Below are positions 55,802 to 64,000 of a stretch of 64,000 nt of DNA, piece after piece. This DNA is from an uncultured Dehalococcoidales bacterium (GTDB lineage: Bacteria > Chloroflexota > Dehalococcoidia > GIF9 > AB-539-J10). Position 1 is the stretch's first letter. Every line of letters begins with the position of its first letter. Both the position numbers and the translations under genes were made by a program. The stretch covers positions 96,493 to 160,492 of the forward strand of contig CAYMVL010000025.1 of assembly GCA_964394145.1 (NCBI GenBank). Reading direction: 5' to 3'. The notes below the pieces were generated by a model. That model worked only from the letters and a program-made list of their open reading frames with translations, was not told where the DNA came from and searched no databases.

Positions 55802-58483
55802 TCAATCCCCTCTCATCGAGGGCAGGGAACTCTGCTTTGCTATGGCGCCTTTGACACAGATCAACGCCTCGTCAAGTTTGCTTATATCCTTGCCACCAGC
55901 CTGAGCCATAGTTGCCTTGCCACCACCACTACCACCAGTGACACTTGCCGCTTGCTTAATAATATCACCTGCATGAAACCCTTTGGATGTTAAGTCGGAA
56001 GTCACCATAGCCAGGAAATTAGGCTTATTATCGTAGGCTGTAGCCAGGATCACCACGCCGCTTCTGAGCTTGTCGCGTAAAACGTCGCCCATTTCTCTGA
56101 GTACAGGCATAGTAAGCGGCGGCACTTTCGCTACTAACACCGTTACTCCGTTAACTTGCTCTGCTTGCGCAAGTAGAGATTCCGCTACCCTCCTTGATAA
56201 CTCCCTCTCCAACGATAATGAGCGCTTATGCTCTGTTTCCAACTCGCTGATCAGCGATCTCACTTTGCTCTGGACTTCCTCCAGCGGGCTCTCCAAGGCT
56301 TTAGCCATGCCTTGCAGGGCTGAAGAATATCTCCCTACTAAAGATTCCGCAGCTCGACCGGTGACTGCTTCGATACGACGCAGGCCAGTACCTACACTGC
56401 TTTCACCGGTCATCAGGAAGAGACCGATTTCCCCTGTTGACTTGACGTGTGTGCCACCGCAAAGCTCCTTGCTTATCGGTGGCTCGCCAATTTGTACTAC
56501 TCGAACTATTTCTCCATACTTTTCTTCAAAAAAGGCTAGAGCACCTTCAGCAATAGCTTTATCGTGTGGGACATTCTTTACGTGCACTATTAAGTCTCGC
56601 CGTATCCATTCGTTGACTTGTCTCTGAATTTCGTTGACTTCATCTTGAGTTAAAGCCACCAACTGGGTGAAGTCAAATCTAAACCTTTCCGGCTCTACTA
56701 ATGAACCTCCCTGACGAATGTTATGCCCCAAAACTTGCCTCAAGGCAGCCTGGAGGAGATGGGTAGCGGTATGGTTACGGGCGATATCGAGGCGACGCTC
56801 TTGGTCCACTTCAGCTTCGACGTCGTCCCCTACTGATATTCGCCCTTCAATAACCTCACCCTGATGGACTATCAGCTGGCTGCTACCCACTGTATGCCGG
56901 ACGGCATTTGTGACGTTTATTCGTCCCTTTTCTCCAACAATTGCACCAGCATCGCCGACCTGTCCACCCATCTCGCCATAAAAGGGCGTCTCAAGTAATA
57001 TCACTCCTACAGATTGGCCTTGAAAGACGGAATCTATCTGATTCTGCAACGATTCGCCTACAGGAACCAAGACCATTACGGTGGACTGGTGCTTAAGCGT
57101 TCCGTCGCCAACGAAACCCGTGCTACCAGGGATATGGACAACGGAAAGACTACCGTTCAGACCAACTGTCCCACCCACAGTGGTTTTGTATGTTGCCCTC
57201 GCTCTTTCTCGCTGCCTTTCCATCTCTGCCTCAAATCCTGCCCAATCCACGGATAAAGCTCTCTCTTTAGCAATTTCGGCAGTCAATTCAGGGGGAAAGC
57301 CATAAGTGTCATAAAGCCGGAATATCTCTGTTCCTTTTAGCCACTCCCCCCCTCGCTCCAAGGCTTCATCAACAAGCTTTGCCACCAAATTAAGCCCAGT
57401 ATCTAGAGTGGCAATGAATTTTTCCTCCTCAGCTTTGATTACTTCGGTAATTAGCTCCCGGCTAGCCATGAGCTCGGGATAAAGCCGACCCATCTCATTA
57501 ACGACGACATCAGAAATTTCAGCAAGGAAAGGCCTATCCAGACCCAACCTCTTCCCGAAAAGAGAAGCGCGACGCAGTATCCGTCGCAATACATACCCCC
57601 TTCCTTCGTTGGAAGGCATAACTCCGTCAGCAATCAGGAAAGCAACGCCACGCCCATGCTCAGCGATAATCCTGATGCCCCTATCGGTATTCTCATGCAT
57701 ACCATAATTCACATTGGCCAATTCACAAATCTGTCTTATCAAGGGCGAGAAAAGCTCTGTCTCATATGGAGAGGACCTGCCTTGAGTAGCCGCAGCAGTC
57801 CTTTCCAACCCCATCCCTGTATCAATATTGGGTCTGGGTAAACGGGTACGTTGTCCATTGCGGTCCTGATTATACTGGGTAAAAACCAGATTCCATATCT
57901 CTGAGAAGCGACCGCATTCACAGTTAGGTTTGCACTCAGGCTTACCGCAGCCCAATTCCTCCCCCAGGTCATAGTGTATTTCGCTACAGGGACCACAGGG
58001 GCCTGAGTCTCCCACCGGCCCCCAGAAATTGTCTTCTTCACCAAACCTCAATATCCTTTCAAACGGAACACCCACTCCCTGCCAATAGTTGAAGGCTTCA
58101 TCGTCGTCCCTATAGATAGTTATCCAGAGCCGCTCTTGGGGGAGCTTCAGATACTCGGTAACGAACTCCCAAGCCCAGGAGATAGCTTCCTTCTTGAAAT
58201 AATCACCCACGCTGAAATTGCCCAGCATCTCAAAGAAGGTGAGATGCTTACTATCACCAACTGAGTCTATATCAGTAGTACGGAAGCATTTCTGGCATGA
58301 CGCCAGTCTCCGTCCAGGAGGCGCTTCCAATCCCAGAAAGTAAGGCTTAACCTGTACCATGCCAGCACTGGTAAGCAACAGAGTCGGGTCGTTATGAGGA
58401 ATCAACGACGAGCTAGGGATGATCTTATGGCCTTTGTCCTGGAAAAAACCGAGAAAGACCCGTCTGATTTCGTCACCAGTCAT
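55802..58483 (-). CDS. alaS: alanine--tRNA ligase
   Basis: 893 aa with class II catalytic core, an editing domain with HxxxH...CGGTH, and a C-terminal DHHA1 (GGGGG) domain. Confidence 0.9.
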   Translation of the reverse strand: MTGDEIRRVFLGFFQDKGHKIIPSSSLIPHNDPTLLLTSAGMVQVKPYFLGLEAPPGRRLASCQKCFRTTDIDSVGDSKHLTFFEMLGNFSVGDYFKKEAISWAWEFVTEYLKLPQERLWITIYRDDDEAFNYWQGVGVPFERILRFGEEDNFWGPVGDSGPCGPCSEIHYDLGEELGCGKPECKPNCECGRFSEIWNLVFTQYNQDRNGQRTRLPRPNIDTGMGLERTAAATQGRSSPYETELFSPLIRQICELANVNYGMHENTDRGIRIIAEHGRGVAFLIADGVMPSNEGRGYVLRRILRRASLFGKRLGLDRPFLAEISDVVVNEMGRLYPELMASRELITEVIKAEEEKFIATLDTGLNLVAKLVDEALERGGEWLKGTEIFRLYDTYGFPPELTAEIAKERALSVDWAGFEAEMERQRERARATYKTTVGGTVGLNGSLSVVHIPGSTGFVGDGTLKHQSTVMVLVPVGESLQNQIDSVFQGQSVGVILLETPFYGEMGGQVGDAGAIVGEKGRINVTNAVRHTVGSSQLIVHQGEVIEGRISVGDDVEAEVDQERRLDIARNHTATHLLQAALRQVLGHNIRQGGSLVEPERFRFDFTQLVALTQDEVNEIQRQVNEWIRRDLIVHVKNVPHDKAIAEGALAFFEEKYGEIVRVVQIGEPPISKELCGGTHVKSTGEIGLFLMTGESSVGTGLRRIEAVTGRAAESLVGRYSSALQGMAKALESPLEEVQSKVRSLISELETEHKRSLSLERELSRRVAESLLAQAEQVNGVTVLVAKVPPLTMPVLREMGDVLRDKLRSGVVILATAYDNKPNFLAMVTSDLTSKGFHAGDIIKQAASVTGGSGGGKATMAQAGGKDISKLDEALICVKGAIAKQSSLPSMRGD

Positions 58484-58681
58484 TTACAGTTGTCCTCTCT
58501 GAATTCAAGTTGGACCAGATTTGCTATAGATGAGCATGCCCTCTAACCTCAACTATGCTAGCATAAACGTCACTATCGGGCAAAGAGCTTGGCTGAACAC
58601 AATAATTCCGCCGGAGATAGACTCATTCGTTGGCCTATCGAATAGCACCCGTTCTTCCAGCGCCACTTCCAGACATGCTGC

Positions 58682-59554
58682 TTACTTCCCAGGCGCATTA
58701 CCAAAGTACACTTTTGTATGAGGCCAAGGTATTTCTATACCTTCAGCATCAAAGGCTTTCTTCAGGCGAAGCCTCAACTCACCCATTACTGCCCACTGCT
58801 CGCTGGGCTTGACCTCACCCAAAATCTTGATTTCTATCCCCGAATCGCCCAGGTTATCCACCCTCAGCACCTGAGGAGCAGTTTTAATCACCTTGCGCCA
58901 GCGTTCATCTATCGCTAGCTCCTGGCCCACTTGGTTTATTACGCTTATGGCTTGGTCAAGGTCGGTGCCGTAACCCACTGAGATATTGAGATTGACCCGA
59001 GAAAAGTGTCTGGTGTAGTTGCTAGCTATCCTGACCTCGCCATTGGGCACATGGTGGACTATACCATCTAAGTCACGCAGCACCGTCTTTCTAAGGTTCA
59101 CCTCCTCTACTAATCCAGCGATATCTGCCACTTTCGCTACATCGCCTACTCTGTACTGGTTTTCTAGGATGATGAATATACCGGCAATGATATCCCTTAT
59201 CAAATATTGAGCGCCGAAACCGATTGCTATTCCAGCAATGCCAAAACCCGCTAAGATTGGGCCAATAGAAACCCCTATTTCAGACAGTATCATCATTATG
59301 ACAACTACGACGATGAATATCCGCCCTACCCCAGTCAAAACACCTACCAGCGTATCTCTCCTTTTCTTGATGCCATCCTTGCTTTCCCCCCTGGTCGTGA
59401 CCATGGTTCGGCCCAGTAAAGGAGGAAGAAGTTTTCTCAAGCCGAACCACAGCACAGCCCCAATTATCAGTATGATGACGATGCGGATGCCATGCACAAC
59501 CAGCCAGTTAACTACAGTGGCCCAACTTAATTGGAACATCTGACACCTCCACAC
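58682..59554 (-). CDS. mechanosensitive ion channel, MscS family
   Basis: Three TM helices followed by the MscS beta-domain signature (ENQYRVGDVAKVADIAGLVEEVNLRKT). Confidence 0.85.
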   Translation of the reverse strand: MWRCQMFQLSWATVVNWLVVHGIRIVIILIIGAVLWFGLRKLLPPLLGRTMVTTRGESKDGIKKRRDTLVGVLTGVGRIFIVVVVIMMILSEIGVSIGPILAGFGIAGIAIGFGAQYLIRDIIAGIFIILENQYRVGDVAKVADIAGLVEEVNLRKTVLRDLDGIVHHVPNGEVRIASNYTRHFSRVNLNISVGYGTDLDQAISVINQVGQELAIDERWRKVIKTAPQVLRVDNLGDSGIEIKILGEVKPSEQWAVMGELRLRLKKAFDAEGIEIPWPHTKVYFGNAPGK

Positions 59555-59670
59555 TCCGCCCTTCCTGCGGAGTCTAACCTCATACTATTTATTTTAGACA
59601 TTTATTCACCTGCAACGTAGAACAGGCAAATCTAGCGCCAGAAATGTGCCGCTAATGAGGCACGAGCATC

Positions 59671-60672
59671 TCAATTTCGACAACTGCTTAGCTCACTTAC
59701 TAGAAGCTCGACCGCCAGCTGGTCCCTGTATTTACCAGTTTTGATAGCCAAGTCAGCTTCCAAAACCATGCCATACGCTTCTCTTACCCGCTCAAGATCA
59801 TACATGTTGGCTTGATGAAGCGTCTTATCCAAGCTGTACCTTGTAGGCAAGCCCAACCTATCTTGAATTTGCTGGTGAGACAGGCCACTGAGCTCCTTGC
59901 TGAGCACTATCAAGCGGAGTTGCCTGTTAATCATAGTCAGGATATGAGTCGGCGAAACCCCCTCCTGATATAGCCGATGCAACAATTCTTGTGCCGTCTT
60001 AGGTTGATTTTCAATAATTGCATCGACTAAGGGAAAGATACTAGCTTCCTGTACATGGCTTACCAATTGTCTGACATCGTCTTCACCGATAGTGCGTTCT
60101 CGGGTATAGATAAGCAGCTTCTGAATTTCACTATTCAGTGCCCACAAATTGCCCCCGATAAGTTCAGCTAGCAAATCGGTGGCCCGCGAGCTGATATTCC
60201 CATTTTCACTGCTTACTCGCAGTCGAATCCAGGCCTTGAGACTACTACCCCGCAATAAAGGGAATCTAGTTACCTTAGCTATTGAGCAAAGCTTCTTTAA
60301 GAGTGGATTATTCACGCTTATTTTGCCGTCACATAGTACTAGCACGGTAGTCTCAGGCACTCGCTCGGTATAAGAAGCCATGTCTTGCCATTTTACCGGC
60401 TCGTTTGCAGATTTGACGATGCGTTTGCCAAATTTGGATTTACTACGCCCTGGCTCAAAGCGCTCTAGCAAGCCATTGACTATTACCAAACGTTGCGGGG
60501 ATAAGAAGGGAGCCACGTCGCAGCTTTGCCTGAGCTCACTTAGACTCAAGTGCCCACCGTCTAGTCTGACAGTGCTAGCCGCCAGCATATCCGGGTTGCC
60601 TAAGTCAGCCTTAATCCTCTCCAGAGCCTGGTAAAGAGAGAAGTCATCCTCGCCATAAAGAATATACAGCAT
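59671..60672 (-). CDS. holA: DNA polymerase III delta subunit
   Basis: MLYILYGEDDFSLYQALERIK N-terminus and AAA+-like delta fold, 333 aa. Confidence 0.8.
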   Translation of the reverse strand: MLYILYGEDDFSLYQALERIKADLGNPDMLAASTVRLDGGHLSLSELRQSCDVAPFLSPQRLVIVNGLLERFEPGRSKSKFGKRIVKSANEPVKWQDMASYTERVPETTVLVLCDGKISVNNPLLKKLCSIAKVTRFPLLRGSSLKAWIRLRVSSENGNISSRATDLLAELIGGNLWALNSEIQKLLIYTRERTIGEDDVRQLVSHVQEASIFPLVDAIIENQPKTAQELLHRLYQEGVSPTHILTMINRQLRLIVLSKELSGLSHQQIQDRLGLPTRYSLDKTLHQANMYDLERVREAYGMVLEADLAIKTGKYRDQLAVELLVSELSSCRN

Positions 60673-60740
60673 TTGTGACTAATATATTACAACCACCCTT
60701 GTTAGCAAGATTTCTTTTTCATAACCTCATGTCTTCAAGT

Positions 60741-61124
60741 TTATGAACGCAATTTCTTCACACTTTTGGCTGTGCCCGGCCTTTTCCAGCCCAATATGGT
60801 CAGTAAATCGCCTATGACCGCATCCCTCGCTGTCTCGTGTCTTAGAGGCAAGTCAGGGTTGATGCGATACGTGTTGCTCCGCCCCACTCTTCTACGCTTC
60901 AAGTAACCAGCAATTTCAAGTTCAGCAATAATTTTGTGTACAGTTCTCTCCGTGAAGCCCAATGTGAGAGCGATGTCACGAGTAGTGCTGCGTGGATTTC
61001 TGGATATATGGCTGAGAATCAGGCCATGCTTGGTAATGAAAGTCCACTCTCCCATTGGACCCAGCTTTCCTATAATATTCGAATTCTTTCTTTTGAAGAC
61101 CCGCGAAAATGCTTGACGAGACAA
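60741..61124 (-). CDS. winged-helix DNA-binding transcriptional regulator
   Basis: HTH TTRDIALTLGFTERTVHKIIAELEIAGYL followed by a wing. Divergent from ychF. The start is uncertain. Confidence 0.55.
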   Translation of the reverse strand: MSRQAFSRVFKRKNSNIIGKLGPMGEWTFITKHGLILSHISRNPRSTTRDIALTLGFTERTVHKIIAELEIAGYLKRRRVGRSNTYRINPDLPLRHETARDAVIGDLLTILGWKRPGTAKSVKKLRS

Positions 61125-61424
61125 AAAGGTGGCAGCATAATTTTTCCAGAAAAATAATTCATAATTATTATCTCACATCACACGTCCGATAGATGAGAAT
61201 AGCAATAGAATAGCAAGTTCTCGCATATTAGTAAAGGCTTCAGAGCTAAACGCCATTTCGAACTTTTCACCTCTGCCCCCACTGTCTCTTTGGAGCTACA
61301 AACACATATTGCTTGCAAACAGAGCTGGATTGAGGAGCTTAGAAGCGCTCACAAGAAGCCCGCTGCTTCTGGGCCTGGCACCAACAGCCCCAAGTGATTA
61401 GTCCTCAAGGTAGATAAAGCAGAG

Positions 61425-62537
61425 ATGAAGTGTGGTATAGTTATAGCCATGAAGATTGCCATTGTTGGACTGCCGAAGAGTGGCAAGACAACTGTCTTTA
61501 ATGCCCTAACGGGCGGGCAGGCTAGGGTAACCCCTTATAGCTCGTCATTGGCCCCAAATATAGGCGTGGCCAAGGTGCCTGACTCCCGATTATTAACGCT
61601 AGAGAACATATTCAACCCTAAAAAGACGGCCCCCGCGGAAGTAAGCTATGTTGATATTGCGGGATCGGTTAAGGCTCTTTTGAAGGAGGAGATAGGGGGA
61701 GAATTCTTAAACTACTTAACTACCGCTGACGCTTTGCTCCAGGTAGTACGGGCTTTTCAAGACGAAGGAATTCCGCATCCCGCCGGAAGCATAGATCCTA
61801 AACGAGATATAGCTGCTTTGGACCTAGAGCTAACATTCTCGGACCTGGCAATTATCGAGAGAAGACTCCTCAAGCTGGAGCTAAGCTTAAAAGGAGCCAA
61901 GACGTCGGAGCGCGAACAGTATTTGAGGGAACAAATCTTATTGCAAAAGATTAAGACAGCTTTGGAAAAAGACATGCCCATAAGGCAGCAAGAGCTTAGC
62001 AAAGACGAACTGCAGGCGTTATCCAGTTACCAATTTCTTACGGCTAAACCTGTCTTGGTGGTGCTTAATATTGGTGAAGAGCGATTAGCAGATGGCTCAC
62101 AATTAGAGGCTGAGATAAGCTCCCTCCACCCTCAATTCGCTGTTGCAGCTCTATGCGGTAAACTGGAGATGGAACTGGCTCAATTCAGCGACGCTGAGGC
62201 TAAGCAATTCCGTGCAGCTATGGGCTTAAGCGAGCCAATGCTCGACAAAGTTATCGGCCTCTCCTATGATCTTCTGGGACTGATTTCATTCTTCACAACA
62301 GCCTCCGGTGAACTAAAAGCATGGACTATCTCCAGTGGCACGATTGCGCCAAGCGCAGCAGGGAAAATTCATTCCGACATGGAAAAAGGATTTATCCGAG
62401 CCGAGGTGATTAGCTACATCGATTTGGAGAGCTGCGGAAACTTATGTGAAGCACGGAGAAGAGGACTCCTTAGGACAGAAGGCAGGACTTATATCATACA
62501 GGATGGAGATATAGTCACCTTTTTATTCCACGTTTGA
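61425..62537 (+). CDS. ychF: redox-regulated ATPase YchF (Obg-family GTPase)
   Basis: G1 motif GLPKSGKTT, a coiled-coil insert, and a C-terminal TGS domain. Confidence 0.9.
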   Translation: MKCGIVIAMKIAIVGLPKSGKTTVFNALTGGQARVTPYSSSLAPNIGVAKVPDSRLLTLENIFNPKKTAPAEVSYVDIAGSVKALLKEEIGGEFLNYLTTADALLQVVRAFQDEGIPHPAGSIDPKRDIAALDLELTFSDLAIIERRLLKLELSLKGAKTSEREQYLREQILLQKIKTALEKDMPIRQQELSKDELQALSSYQFLTAKPVLVVLNIGEERLADGSQLEAEISSLHPQFAVAALCGKLEMELAQFSDAEAKQFRAAMGLSEPMLDKVIGLSYDLLGLISFFTTASGELKAWTISSGTIAPSAAGKIHSDMEKGFIRAEVISYIDLESCGNLCEARRRGLLRTEGRTYIIQDGDIVTFLFHV

Positions 62538-62811
62538 ATCGAGTACCCGAAGCTAATTTAAGGAGTGCATGGCCGCCTGCGGCGCGTCTATCTCCTAATC
62601 ATCATCCCAAACGGTTGAATAGAACAACCCTGTTATTTTAGAACGGGAAACGATGCTCTTAACGTGATCCCCATTTTGCCTTATCCAGGGCTTCGAGCGC
62701 TTATCAGTAATGAGCCACTGATTAAAGAGGGTGCTATAAAAGCTGAGCGCAGGGGGCCGCCGAGTTAAGATGAGTCCCGTAACCGATCCCAACGAACGAC
62801 GCATTGTTAAG

Positions 62812-64000
62812 TCAAAGCTCGGAATTGGTGAACCGAAGAGCCTTACCCTTTTGAGCTTCGACAATTTCTCGGAGCAGAAGCTTGACATCGCCTTGCGAGG
62901 CAAGATTGAATTTGGCTACCGAGATGCCAAGGCCTACCTTCAATGACCACGCACTAGCAGGCAGAGCTTTGAAAACATCCTCATCGGTCAAATCATCTCC
63001 TATTGCTAATATGAAGTCCCAATCCTTTCTGGAAATCCATCGCAAAGCTGCCCGCCCCTTGTCTATGGCAGCATTTTTCACTTCAACTACCTTACTACCC
63101 TCCAGAACCTGAAGGTTGAGATTACCTGTAAGGTGCAAGAGGTCATTTACCAGCTCTCTTGCTCGCAAATCGCCCAATCGCGGGTCAGCTTCCCTGTAAT
63201 GCCAGGCAAGAGAAAACTCCTTCTCTTCAATAAAGGAGCCGGGCGTTCTACGTACGTATACCTCACAGATTGGACGCATTGTCTCTTTCCAGTCGCTGAC
63301 CAGATATTCTAGTATCTCCCATTCCTTGCCTCTTTCCTTAATCCAGGCGCCATGTTCAGCAACTAACCCCATATTCAGACGACCAAACCATTCCCCGAGA
63401 CAATCTTTGTCGCGACCACTTATGAGCACGACTTCATTTCTAGCGTCCTGAGTCAGTTCTTTAAGCAAGTCCAGAATCTCAACTGTTGGTATTACTTTCT
63501 GTGGCTTCCCCGCAAATGGAACAAGTGTGCCATCGTAATCCAGCAAGAATAGTCTCTGATCGCCCTTCTGAAAATCGCTGAATAATCTCTTTTTCGCCTC
63601 ATGATGCAATATCTTTGCTTCCATCCTGTCCTGGACTTCTCTGGCGCAGAGCAATTTATCCACAAACTCGTCTGCCCACCGCTTCACATCATAATCCTCA
63701 AGGCGTTCCTGCATTACCCTGATGCGACGCATCTGCTCCTCTTCGGGCATGATTAAAGCCTGCTCTAATGCCTGGACAATTTCCTCCTCATTATTTACAT
63801 TGATTATGATTGCCTCACCCAGTTCTTTCGCTGCCCCAGCTGTCTCACTAAGTACTAAGACTCCTTTACCTTCTGTTTTAGTTGCTACATATTCTTTGGC
63901 TGTAAGATTCATTCCATCCCTTAGAGGGGTGACCAGCGCAACATCTGCCATGCTATACATAGCAACAAGAGAGCGCGAAGGCAAAGAGCGATACAGGTAC
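62812..64000 (-). CDS. otsAB: bifunctional trehalose-6-phosphate synthase/phosphatase (OtsA-OtsB fusion), 5' end outside window
   Basis: VAMYSMADVALVTPLRDGMNLTAKEY is the conserved GT20 C-terminal region, followed by a HAD phosphatase with LFLLDYDGTL motif I. The frame is open to the window end, so the N-terminal part is missing. Confidence 0.8.
   Translation of the reverse strand, partial: YLYRSLPSRSLVAMYSMADVALVTPLRDGMNLTAKEYVATKTEGKGVLVLSETAGAAKELGEAIIINVNNEEEIVQALEQALIMPEEEQMRRIRVMQERLEDYDVKRWADEFVDKLLCAREVQDRMEAKILHHEAKKRLFSDFQKGDQRLFLLDYDGTLVPFAGKPQKVIPTVEILDLLKELTQDARNEVVLISGRDKDCLGEWFGRLNMGLVAEHGAWIKERGKEWEILEYLVSDWKETMRPICEVYVRRTPGSFIEEKEFSLAWHYREADPRLGDLRARELVNDLLHLTGNLNLQVLEGSKVVEVKNAAIDKGRAALRWISRKDWDFILAIGDDLTDEDVFKALPASAWSLKVGLGISVAKFNLASQGDVKLLLREIVEAQKGKALRFTNSEL

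Noticed and set aside
62595-62903. 102-aa minus-strand ORF after ychF
   Set aside because: Overlaps the 3' end of otsAB by 92 nt. No recognisable domain or RBS. Left unannotated.

Overview
Bacterial window (NrdR, DprA, EF-P, trigger factor, RuvX and DNA pol III delta are all bacterial markers). Gene content suggests a Chloroflexota-like anaerobe, but that is an inference. Positions 1-9.2 kb hold housekeeping genes and two tRNAs (GAF-domain protein fragment, nrdR-nrdJ, CoA-transferase AB, tRNA-Pro, four-subunit 2-oxoacid:ferredoxin oxidoreductase porGDAB, tRNA-Arg). Positions 35-64 kb are also housekeeping (RidA, two tRNA-Ser, racemase, patatin, lipoprotein, dprA-topA-aroQ-pepP-efp, tig-clpP, aspS, aroKB-aroC-aroE, ruvX-alaS, mscS, holA, ychF, otsAB). 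Between them, 9.5-34.5 kb is an accessory glycosylation island. Its largest unit is a 13-kb minus-strand cluster: an STT3/AglB-family oligosaccharyltransferase with a WWDYG motif, rfbA, rfbC, rfbB, rfbD, two ribbon-helix-helix genes, TauE, cysD, cysN, an alkaline-phosphatase-family gene and a Wzx-like flippase. Adjacent operons encode a GT2-GT4 fusion, a GT4, a large DUF2206-like membrane protein, a GT2 with a methyltransferase, and three sulfatase-fold proteins lacking the formylglycine motif. Two four-helix-bundle (23S-IVS/Avd-like) genes sit inside this cluster flanked by simple repeats. An ~88-bp hairpin-containing tandem repeat array, an orphan HicB-like gene and a frameshifted paralog fragment are also present. 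The most interesting hypothesis is an N-linked (AglB-type) protein glycosylation system in a bacterium, making a rhamnose-containing and possibly methylated and sulfated glycan.
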